Assembly (NCBI GenBank): GCA_029856295.1 | Contig: JAHQWS010000202.1 | Location: 1 to 32,857 of the forward strand | DNA: 32,857 nt | Reading direction: 5' to 3' | Source of the DNA: Promethearchaeia archaeon | GTDB taxonomy: Archaea > Asgardarchaeota > Lokiarchaeia > Sigyniarchaeales > SOKP01 | Shown here: in pieces, positions 8,368 to 16,184 of the stretch | How positions within the stretch are numbered: position 1 is the first letter of the stretch | How the letters are laid out: every line of letters starts with the position of its first letter | The notes under the pieces: model-generated | Told to the model about the DNA's origin: nothing | The model's database searches: none | The model's input: only the letters and a program-made list of their open reading frames with translations | Program-made: the position numbers and the translations under genes

Positions 8368-9828
8368 TTAAAGATCTTTTGTTACACGCTTTTTATCAAA
8401 AATATCCAATAAAGTTGGCATAAACAGTCTATTAAGTTTTTTGTAAATTTTTACATTATCCTTTATGGGATTAAATTCCTTTTCGAATCTGACCATTTTT
8501 TCAATTGCATCATTAAAACTACTATATTTCTTGCAACCGTAAAATCCTAGAATTGCAGCGCCTAAAGCGGCACCATCTCTGTTCTCTGGAAGGATAATCT
8601 TTTTTGACATGATATCCGCAAAAATCTGTGCCCATAAGTCGCTATTCATCGCACCTCCATCCGACTTTACTTCGGAGACTTTACCACCCCCAATAGCTTC
8701 CAACATACCTAGGTACATCTGCGCACTTAAAGCTGCTGATTCCATAATGGCTCGTATCATATGTGCTCTGGTATGGTTCCATCCTAAACCATGAATGGTT
8801 CCTTTCCTAAACACATATAAGGGAACAAACAATAATCCCTCACTTCCGGGTTTTATCCCTTCTGCTTCTTTAGATAATTCGTTATATACATTAAGATGTT
8901 TTTCATCACATTCTTTGGTTTGTAATTGTGAAAAGTTATCCTTAAACCATTGTAACGCGGTCCCTGTACCAGGTATCGCACCCTCAAGAATCCATTTACC
9001 TTTAATAACATGCGGTAGTGGGAATATTGGATAATCTCCTGCGGGAGTTACTGGTGCATCTCCAGTAACATAATCAACAAATGTACCCGTTCCAGTAGTT
9101 ACTTTTGCTTGCCCTTTCTCGATTACCCCTAAACCCAATGCAGCACATTGTTGGTCTCCTCCTCCCAAAACTACGGGAACATTACTTTTAAGCCCTAAAT
9201 TTCCTGCTGCTTCGCTTGTTAACTCCCCAATCACTTCTCCTGGAGTACGGAGGTCTGGCCATAATTCGATTGGTATACCATATGATTCAGCAAGTTTTGG
9301 ATCCCAGTCTAAAGTTTCTTTACTCATAATTCCAAAGATACCGTTTGTGGGATCTGTAACACATACTTCATTACCACATAATTTCATGTATATGTATGTA
9401 TCTGGGAAGAAAATTTTTGAGGCCTGACTATATAAATCAGGTTTATTATTTTTAAGCCATAGAATCTTAGGAACTGTTCTTCTTAGTTCTTCGTGATATG
9501 TTGACGTATCAACTACTTCTCTCTCATCCATCCATGTTAATGCCGGATGCAAAACTTCTCCATTTTTATCAATAAGCCCCGCAGTTGCTCGTTGAAAGGA
9601 CGCACAAATTCCAATTACATCATCCGAATTTATATTCTTTACAGCAGTATTACACGTACTTTTAACAGCATTCCACCAAATCATTGGATCTTGTTCAGAA
9701 ATACCAACTGGTTGTTTTTCAAGAGTATATTCTTCGTAAGCTCTTGCTATTTCTTTTCCATTAATATCAAAAATAACCGTCCTTGTTCCAGTCGTCCCAG
9801 AATCAAACACAACTATTAAATCGCTCAT
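8368..9828 (-). CDS. FGGY-family carbohydrate/polyol kinase, array copy 4
   Basis: FDSGTTGTRT, TWMDERE and GGGDQQCAALGLGV. Start at the ATG at 9828, with AAGTGGA upstream. A T9 tract follows the stop. It differs from copy 3 at 7 of the first 60 ORF-track residues. Confidence 0.85.
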   Translation of the reverse strand: MSDLIVVFDSGTTGTRTVIFDINGKEIARAYEEYTLEKQPVGISEQDPMIWWNAVKSTCNTAVKNINSDDVIGICASFQRATAGLIDKNGEVLHPALTWMDEREVVDTSTYHEELRRTVPKILWLKNNKPDLYSQASKIFFPDTYIYMKLCGNEVCVTDPTNGIFGIMSKETLDWDPKLAESYGIPIELWPDLRTPGEVIGELTSEAAGNLGLKSNVPVVLGGGDQQCAALGLGVIEKGQAKVTTGTGTFVDYVTGDAPVTPAGDYPIFPLPHVIKGKWILEGAIPGTGTALQWFKDNFSQLQTKECDEKHLNVYNELSKEAEGIKPGSEGLLFVPLYVFRKGTIHGLGWNHTRAHMIRAIMESAALSAQMYLGMLEAIGGGKVSEVKSDGGAMNSDLWAQIFADIMSKKIILPENRDGAALGAAILGFYGCKKYSSFNDAIEKMVRFEKEFNPIKDNVKIYKKLNRLFMPTLLDIFDKKRVTKDL

Positions 9829-9884
9829 TTTATCCACTTCAGAAAGTTTAATATCAATTATTTGTTTAATTTCAATTTTTCAAA

Positions 9885-9950
9885 TTATAAAGCTTTAATT
9901 AATAATTCAGCGATATCTATTATTTTAATTTTTTCTTTATCTTCTCCCAT
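9885..9950 (-). pseudogene. 22-codon relic of a second CCG-type Fe-S subunit gene: start codon and 3' end fused by an internal deletion
   Basis: Reads MGEDKEKIKIIDIAELLIKAL*. The intact paralogue (11534-12802) starts MGEILKK and ends GDKENIKIIDIAELLIKAL*. About 45 nt (9885-9929) are identical to 11534-11578. The ATG abuts the upstream oxidase stop (TAAATG) exactly as in the intact pair at 12800-12805. Confidence 0.8.
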
Positions 9951-11432
9951 TTAACTTTCCATTCCTTCATCCCAGGGACTTTCATAAATTTTCCCTGGAT
10001 TTAGGATATTATTCGGATCAAGCAACTTTTTGATAGATTTTAACGTTTCAAAAGCTTTTCCCCATTCCACAGGCATCCAATGACTTCTCGTGATCCCAAC
10101 GCCGTGATGGTGACTAAAAGATCCACCAGCATCTTCTACTACCTTAACAACTGTATTCCACACTTCTTGATAGAATTCAAGGTCAGTTTTTTCTTCCGGA
10201 GGTATTCCAGCAAATGTAAAATAAAAACCTATTCCGTTCGGATAAAAGTGTGATATATGAGCTGTCATCATTATAACACCTTTGACTTTTTTAGTAGTTT
10301 CTAAAACAGAATGATACATATTCGCTGCATTATCCCATAAAAATCCAATTTCTATAGTATCGGCAACCATCTTTAAAGTTGGAGCGAAGGAAGTTTCTGT
10401 TACTCTGAATCTTGTTTCAAACCAATGATTTACGGGCTCCTCTCCACAATCAATACCATTATTTTTTTCACAAGTCTCTCTTGTAATTATTGCTTCAAGA
10501 TCAACCAATTTTTTAACTCCCTCACACACAAAAACAACCATAACTTTATTCTTCGCATTTTCGATATGACCAAAATGCCTATACGTTTCATCAGCATCGT
10601 ATATTCGAATAACAGCGGGATAAATCTGCTGCCTTAATATTTGTCTTGTCGCTTCTAACGAATCTTCAAAGGTGGTGAATGCATAAGAAATAAGCGCTCT
10701 CTTTTCAGGAAAAGGCCAAATTTTTAGTGTAGCTTTAGTTACTATTCCCAATGTACCCTCATTTCCTATGAATAATTTATCCAGTTGAGGACCGGTCGAT
10801 GCCCTAGCAATTGTTTTAAATTTGATAATATCTCCTTGAGGTAAAACTAATTCCATGCCCATTACTATATCCTCGATTTTGCCGTATTTAGAAGAAAATT
10901 GTCCTGCAGCTCTATGAGCTATCCATCCTCCAACAGAGGATGTATAAAGTGATTGCGGAATATGACCTCCTGTATAACCTTTTGCGTTCAAATATCTTTC
11001 TAAATTCATTCCATTTGTACCTGCCTCTACAGTAACAGTTAAATCTTTATCATTAATTTCTAAAATTTTATTGAACTTTTTCATATCGAGAATAATTCCG
11101 CCATAAATGGCTATTGCTCCCCCTACAGCTCCAGAACCTTCCGAAAATGGAATAACAGGAATTCCTTCTTCGTTTGCTAATTTTAAAATCGAGGAAATTT
11201 GTTCTGGAGTCTCAGGCCAGACAATAAAATCGGGAAGTGCCGTGAGTTTACCTTCCAGAGTCCAATTAAATGCTAAAAGAGTGGTGTCTTTATTATATGC
11301 CATAATATCAATTTCATTATCTGATACATTGGCATTACCAACAATTTTGCTTAGTTTTTCCTTAATTTTTGGTTTGTTTTCAATTATAACTCGATTATCT
11401 TTATAAATTAATTCAAAATTCTCTATATTCAT
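9951..11432 (-). CDS. FAD-linked oxidase-family flavoprotein, alkyl-DHAP synthase (AGPS)-like, copy B
   Basis: FAD_binding_4-type N-domain (PDFIVWPETPEQISSILKLANEEGIPVIPFSEGSG). AGPS-like blocks GYTGGHIPQSLYTSSVGGWIAHRAAG, STGPQLDKLFIGNEGTLGIVTKATLKI, FYFTFAG, GGSFSHHHGVG (HHH codons at 10104-10112) and LDPNNILNPGK. The start is probably the ATG at 11432 (MNIENF); the ORF-track start at 11441 is a TTG. Confidence 0.8.
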   Translation of the reverse strand: MNIENFELIYKDNRVIIENKPKIKEKLSKIVGNANVSDNEIDIMAYNKDTTLLAFNWTLEGKLTALPDFIVWPETPEQISSILKLANEEGIPVIPFSEGSGAVGGAIAIYGGIILDMKKFNKILEINDKDLTVTVEAGTNGMNLERYLNAKGYTGGHIPQSLYTSSVGGWIAHRAAGQFSSKYGKIEDIVMGMELVLPQGDIIKFKTIARASTGPQLDKLFIGNEGTLGIVTKATLKIWPFPEKRALISYAFTTFEDSLEATRQILRQQIYPAVIRIYDADETYRHFGHIENAKNKVMVVFVCEGVKKLVDLEAIITRETCEKNNGIDCGEEPVNHWFETRFRVTETSFAPTLKMVADTIEIGFLWDNAANMYHSVLETTKKVKGVIMMTAHISHFYPNGIGFYFTFAGIPPEEKTDLEFYQEVWNTVVKVVEDAGGSFSHHHGVGITRSHWMPVEWGKAFETLKSIKKLLDPNNILNPGKIYESPWDEGMES

Positions 11433-11462
11433 GGAAATCAAAATTTATAATTTTAATACTTT

Positions 11463-11470
11463 AATATAAA
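11463..11470 (-). promoter_or_regulatory. Candidate TATA box (TTTATATT) for oxidase copy B
   Basis: TTTATATT lies about 30 nt upstream of the ATG at 11432, which implies a very short leader or none. The same element and spacing occur upstream of copy A. Confidence 0.35.
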
Positions 11471-11533
11471 TTAACAAGATATAATTAAAATATTGCTTAA
11501 ATCATATATTAAAAATAAAAAGATTAGAGGTTT

Positions 11534-12802
11534 TTATAAAGCTTTAATTAATAATTCAGCGATATCTATTATTTTAATGTTTTCTTTATCACCTTCACTG
11601 AGCCCATAAGCTAAACCTAACTCACATAGAGGACACGCAGATAAGAACACGTTCGAACCCGTTTCTTTCAATTCATTAACTCGATTCTTGGCTTCTTTGA
11701 TTGCTAATGATCTGTCTGCCCAATGGGCTGTACCACTCCAACCGCAGCAATGAACAGAATCTTTATTATACATTGGTTCTGATATTTCAAGGCCGGGGAT
11801 TTTATTTAGAATAGCTCTTATTGAAGTAGTATCATTTAAGTTTCTCGCAATAAGACAAGGATCATGAATCGTTATTTTGCTAAATTCGTCACTCACATTC
11901 TTTTCAAATTTGAGTTTACCCTCGTCAATTAATTGCTTGATGTATTCTACTATGTGGATAACTTTTGTTCCAATTTCGATTCCTGCTTTTTGATACCTAC
12001 TCGTTAGCGTTACAACGCACCCTGGACAATCAGATACAACAACATTAGCTCCTGTCTTTTCGATCAAGTCCTTATTCCTATTTGCAAAATCTTTAGCAGT
12101 TTCTAAATCCCTGATATTAAATGCTGGACCCCCACAACATACCTTAGTTTCTAAATTTGTTGAGAATCTTACACCTGCTTTTTTTAATAGTTCAATATTA
12201 GCTTTTACAACTTCAGGAAATTTCATAGATTCACAGCCGATATAATAATAAACTTCATCATTACCATCAGTTTCTATGTTTTCTATTCCCTTTTCCTTAT
12301 ATGTCTCATAAATATTATGATCCTCAATGGTATTTGTCTTTTTTAATTTATCAATTTGCTCTTTGCAGTAATCTGGCATCAGACCTTTATCGTTGAGATC
12401 ATCACGAACCGTCTCAAGCAAAGAAACTACTGAAAACTCAAAAGGACACCATATCTTGCAGGATTCCTCATTTGAGCATTTATACATTAAATCAATAAAT
12501 GCCTTATTTTCCTCTTTTGAAGGATCAATCTTTCCAATCGTAAGATAATATCCAATTCTTGCCTTGTAAGCGGGACTCATTGTTTCCTTCTGTTCTGCTT
12601 GAAGAGTTCCGCAGTCAAAACGGCACATATTTGGACAAAGCATACAATTTACTAAATTTTTTATATCTGCTTTGTACTCTCCTTCTGGAAAGAAGTTTTT
12701 GTCCCGCATTCGGAAGTTCTTCATAAATAATCTCTTAACGTCGCGATCCATCGCATCGATTATTGGTCCCATCCACTTGTACTTCTTTAATATTTCGCCC
12801 AT
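11534..12802 (-). CDS. (Fe-S)-binding CCG-domain protein, GlcF/GlpC/HdrD-like electron-transfer subunit
   Basis: 422 aa. N-terminal Cys clusters CMLCPNMCRFDC and CSNEESCKIWCP. Two CCG-type modules: YYIGCESM...KVCCGGP...SDCPGC and HDPCLIARN...VHCCGWSG...SACPLC. Its ATG directly abuts the upstream oxidase stop. Confidence 0.8.
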   Translation of the reverse strand: MGEILKKYKWMGPIIDAMDRDVKRLFMKNFRMRDKNFFPEGEYKADIKNLVNCMLCPNMCRFDCGTLQAEQKETMSPAYKARIGYYLTIGKIDPSKEENKAFIDLMYKCSNEESCKIWCPFEFSVVSLLETVRDDLNDKGLMPDYCKEQIDKLKKTNTIEDHNIYETYKEKGIENIETDGNDEVYYYIGCESMKFPEVVKANIELLKKAGVRFSTNLETKVCCGGPAFNIRDLETAKDFANRNKDLIEKTGANVVVSDCPGCVVTLTSRYQKAGIEIGTKVIHIVEYIKQLIDEGKLKFEKNVSDEFSKITIHDPCLIARNLNDTTSIRAILNKIPGLEISEPMYNKDSVHCCGWSGTAHWADRSLAIKEAKNRVNELKETGSNVFLSACPLCELGLAYGLSEGDKENIKIIDIAELLIKAL

Positions 12803-14284
12803 TTAATTTTCCCCTCCTTTTTCCCAAGGACTTTCATAAATTTTCCCTGGATTTAATATATTATTCGGATCGAGTAAATTTTTTATGGCTTTTAAAGTAT
12901 CAAAAGCTTTTCCCCATTCCACAGGCATCCACTTAGACCTATTGATTCCCACACCGTGGTGATGACCAAAAGATCCACCTGCGTCTTCTACTGCTTTAAC
13001 AATTGTATTCCAAACCTCTTGATAAAACTGAAAGTCAGATTTCTCTTGTGGTGGTATTCCAGCAAAAGTAAAATAAAAACCCACTCCGTTAGGATAAAAA
13101 TGAGAAACATGAGCAGTTATCATTATGACTCCTTTCACATTTTTTGCAGCTTCTACGACAGAATGATACATTTCTGCAGCCTTATCCCATAGAAATCCAA
13201 TCTCAATTGTATCGGCGACCATTTTAAAGGTTGGTGTTGATGAGGTCTCTGTTACTCTGAATCTAGTTTCAAACCAGTGTTCGACAGGTTCTTCGCCGCA
13301 TTCAATACCATTATTTTTTTCACAAGTCTCTCTTGTAATTGTAGCTTCTAAATCTACAAGTCTTTCAATACCCTCACAGACAAATACAACCATAACGCTA
13401 TCCTTAGCTTTTTCTATATGACCAAAATGTCTATAGGTTTCATCCGCATCATAAATTCGAATAACAGCGGGATATATTTGCTGCCTTAATATTTGTCTTG
13501 TTGCTTCTAAAGAATCTTCAAAGGTGGGGAAAGCATAAGAAATAAATGCTCTCTTTTCAGGATAAGGCCAAATTTTCAGCGTGGCTTTGGTTACTATTCC
13601 CAATGTACCCTCATTTCCTATAAATAATTTATCCAGTTGAGGACCTGTGGATGCTCTGGCAATAGTCTTAAATTTTATAACGTCTCCCTTTGGTAAAACT
13701 AATTCCATGCCCATTACCATATCCTCGGTTTTCCCATATTTAGATGAAAATTGCCCTGCAGCCCTATGCGCTATCCACCCTCCTACAGAGGAAGTGTAAA
13801 GAGATTGCGGAATATGGCCTCCCGTGTAACCTTTAGCATTCAAATATCGCTCCAAATTCATTCCATTTGTACCAGCTTCTACTGTAACAGTTAAATCTTT
13901 ATCATTTATTTCCAAGATTTTATTAAACTTCTTCATGTCGAGAATTATTCCTCCATAAATAGGTATTGCCCCTCCAACAACTCCAGAACCTTCTGAAAAT
14001 GGAATCACAGGAATCTTTTCTTCATTCGCTAATTTCAAAATAGAAGAAATCTGTTCTGGAGTCTCAGGCCATACAATAAAATCCGGCAATGCGGCAATTT
14101 TTCCTTCGAGAGTCCAGTTAAGTGTTATAAGAGTGGTGTCTTTGTTATAAGCCAGTATATCAATTTCATTATCCGATACATTTTCATTACCAACAATTTC
14201 GCCTAGTCTTAACTTAATTTTTGGTTTGTCTTTAATTATAACTCGACTATCCTTATAGATTAATTCAAAATTCTCTATATTCAT
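12803..14284 (-). CDS. FAD-linked oxidase-family flavoprotein, alkyl-DHAP synthase (AGPS)-like, copy A
   Basis: Close paralogue of copy B with long identical stretches, e.g. GGIILDMKKFNKILEINDKDLTVTVEAGTNGMNLERYLNAKGYTGGHIPQSLYTSSVGGWIAHRAAGQFSSKYGK. GGSFGHHHGVG has its HHH codons at 12956-12964. The start is probably the ATG at 14284; the ORF-track start at 14293 is a TTG. Confidence 0.8.
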   Translation of the reverse strand: MNIENFELIYKDSRVIIKDKPKIKLRLGEIVGNENVSDNEIDILAYNKDTTLITLNWTLEGKIAALPDFIVWPETPEQISSILKLANEEKIPVIPFSEGSGVVGGAIPIYGGIILDMKKFNKILEINDKDLTVTVEAGTNGMNLERYLNAKGYTGGHIPQSLYTSSVGGWIAHRAAGQFSSKYGKTEDMVMGMELVLPKGDVIKFKTIARASTGPQLDKLFIGNEGTLGIVTKATLKIWPYPEKRAFISYAFPTFEDSLEATRQILRQQIYPAVIRIYDADETYRHFGHIEKAKDSVMVVFVCEGIERLVDLEATITRETCEKNNGIECGEEPVEHWFETRFRVTETSSTPTFKMVADTIEIGFLWDKAAEMYHSVVEAAKNVKGVIMITAHVSHFYPNGVGFYFTFAGIPPQEKSDFQFYQEVWNTIVKAVEDAGGSFGHHHGVGINRSKWMPVEWGKAFDTLKAIKNLLDPNNILNPGKIYESPWEKGGEN

Positions 14285-14313
14285 AAAAATCAAAATTTAT
14301 TATTTTATTACTT

Positions 14314-14321
14314 TAATATAA
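14314..14321 (-). promoter_or_regulatory. Candidate TATA box (TTTATATT) for oxidase copy A
   Basis: Same octamer, flanking sequence and ~30-nt spacing to the ATG as at 11463-11470, so the upstream region was duplicated along with the gene. Confidence 0.35.
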
Positions 14322-14396
14322 ATTTACAAGATAAAATTAAAATTTTTATTAAATTATATTAACAACTAAAATAAATTTACGTATTTTATTTTCGAG

Positions 14397-15884
14397 TCAA
14401 TAAATAGTTTCTCCGGTAATTCTATTTACCTTCAAATGCCTGAACTTTGCTGTAGCTGCATTTGTTATTTTCTCAATATTAGAGATCCTATCTACTAATT
14501 CTTCAGGAAATAAATATTTTGCTAAATGAATCATCATCTGCTTGGTTTCTATACAATTGAGAAGTTTTAAACTCTCACAGGAATAAAAAATCTCGCTTAC
14601 TAAATCATAATTAGTATCTTGTGAAAAATTAAGAATTTCCAAATTTCTATAAATTCTCGAAATGATATTTCCAAGAATGTCATAGTCACTTAAATTGTCA
14701 AGTGAGTTCCTCATATAATTGCAAAATAGAACGTAGTATGTGGCTTCGGAAGATACAAAGCCATCACGGTATTGCTTTATACCTTCAACTGTGATTCTTG
14801 TATCAATCTCATCAATTAGAGCTTTAATTTTTTGATTATCTAATTTTTGATAGGCTCCAACAATATGATAGATTTTCAATATAACTACTAGCTGTGATGT
14901 CTCCAAATTTTTTAAATAGTTAGGTTCAAAAAATCTTTCTTCAATTTTCATACTTTTACTAATTTCTTCATTAGTTAGCCATAAATTTGCTAATTGAGTA
15001 GTTTTAAAGTAGCAGTAGACTCTATCAGTGGCTTCAATAACAGGCGCTTCGAACTCATCAATAGTTTCCTCATATAAATTTAATAAAAACTTCTTTACTT
15101 CCAAATAGTCGATTTCTACGTCTAGATGCGTCGCCAAATAAACTCCACAAAAATAAAGATCGGGATTTTTTAAAGTTACTAAAGGTATCGTATCTAACCA
15201 TTCATTAAGATTATTTTTGAGATATGTTTTGATATGAGAAAAATCGAAAATTTTCTGTAAATGAAAGAAATCTATAATTCTATAAATTAAATACAATAAC
15301 TGTAATTTATCCTTTGGATCCTTTAAATCTTCTAAACTTTCTATCTTATCCTTGTTTTCTCTAAATTTTTTTATTATCTTATCTCGAATCTGTATATATT
15401 TACGTAGGTTCTCAGTTTTTTCAGGAGATCTCTTTAATAATTTCTTTAAATTTATGAGTTCAAAGATAAATTCAAAGGGAAGTAAACCACTAGATTTCAA
15501 ATTTAACACTATTGTAACTATCTTATTATCTACAAGATAATCTACTATTTTTTCTAAGAAAATTTCATAAATTATTGGCATAATTTTTTTTTCATATAAT
15601 TGAAGCGCATTTGTGATAATTCCTACATCCTTCCGTTCAATTTCCAAGTATGGGTCTAAAAATTTATCTTCAATTTCTTTTACGTCAAACCCTAATTGTA
15701 ATAATTCTTTTTTTAGTACTAAAAGAATCTTTTCAAGGAGTTTATTCAATTCTGACCTTTCTAATGATTTATCTTCTAAAAAAGAGTCTAGTTTCTCCCG
15801 AAAGTATTTGTCAGTATTATCATAAAAGAGATCAATCTCATTAGAGTAGAGATCTAAGATATTAAATAATCCTTGAAAAATCAT
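14397..15884 (-). CDS. Hypothetical protein, 495 aa, predicted all-helical cytoplasmic; no recognisable catalytic motif
   Basis: Long ORF with an ATG start and a composition typical of real genes in this window. It heads the co-directional oxidase/kinase cluster. The C-terminal half shows about 5 loosely repeated ~45-50-aa units with an aromatic-rich helix (LYFCGVYLATHL, RVYCYFKTTQLANL, EATYYVLFCNYMRNSL, SEIFYSCESLKLLNC). Confidence 0.6.
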   Translation of the reverse strand: MIFQGLFNILDLYSNEIDLFYDNTDKYFREKLDSFLEDKSLERSELNKLLEKILLVLKKELLQLGFDVKEIEDKFLDPYLEIERKDVGIITNALQLYEKKIMPIIYEIFLEKIVDYLVDNKIVTIVLNLKSSGLLPFEFIFELINLKKLLKRSPEKTENLRKYIQIRDKIIKKFRENKDKIESLEDLKDPKDKLQLLYLIYRIIDFFHLQKIFDFSHIKTYLKNNLNEWLDTIPLVTLKNPDLYFCGVYLATHLDVEIDYLEVKKFLLNLYEETIDEFEAPVIEATDRVYCYFKTTQLANLWLTNEEISKSMKIEERFFEPNYLKNLETSQLVVILKIYHIVGAYQKLDNQKIKALIDEIDTRITVEGIKQYRDGFVSSEATYYVLFCNYMRNSLDNLSDYDILGNIISRIYRNLEILNFSQDTNYDLVSEIFYSCESLKLLNCIETKQMMIHLAKYLFPEELVDRISNIEKITNAATAKFRHLKVNRITGETIY

Positions 15885-16184
15885 GGTTAAAAATTAAAAA
15901 ATTAATGCAATATCGTTATTCTTCTATTATTTCAAGTAATACTTGAGAAATTTAATAATTTAGCTTTTTATATTATAAACCCACGTTGATTTATACTTTT
16001 AAAAAGATTTTATGAAATTGCTATTTTGAGTTATATTAGTTATATTTATTATACAAATTGAAGTTTAAAAACTTAAGGTAATGATATTTCTAAGATAAAT
16101 ATAAAAATTAAATATTCTTCTTCATTTTAAATTAGAAGTAGTTTTTAAAAAATAAATGAATATTTAACTAAAAGAGGATATTGA

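Larger units (their letters stand above)
3467..9950. repeat. Head-to-tail tandem array of four [spacer + FGGY kinase] units, period about 1.63 kb
   Basis: Stop codons at 3467, 5102, 6736 and 8368 give spacings of 1635, 1634 and 1632 nt. The spacers share collinear blocks (gtttaacYaattWtggatt, attttaatcttttc, ttattcctttttaa). Confidence 0.9.
9885..14396. repeat. Tandem duplication of an [upstream region - AGPS-like oxidase - CCG Fe-S gene] unit, period about 2.85 kb; the downstream copy lacks about 1.2 kb of its Fe-S gene
   Basis: The ORF-track oxidase starts at 14293 and 11441 are 2852 nt apart. Upstream regions 14294-14396 and 11442-11533 are collinear (aaatcaaaatttatWattttaWtactttaatataaattWacaagata). 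Confidence 0.85.

Noticed and set aside
3467-14396. The large repeats read as a CRISPR array, a mobile element or an assembly artefact.
   Set aside because: The repeat units are 1.6-2.9 kb, contain whole protein-coding genes, and have diverged by substitutions and indels, so they are not short identical repeats with spacers. No transposase, integrase or terminal inverted repeats are visible. An assembly artefact is unlikely given the divergence, but it can only be excluded with reads.
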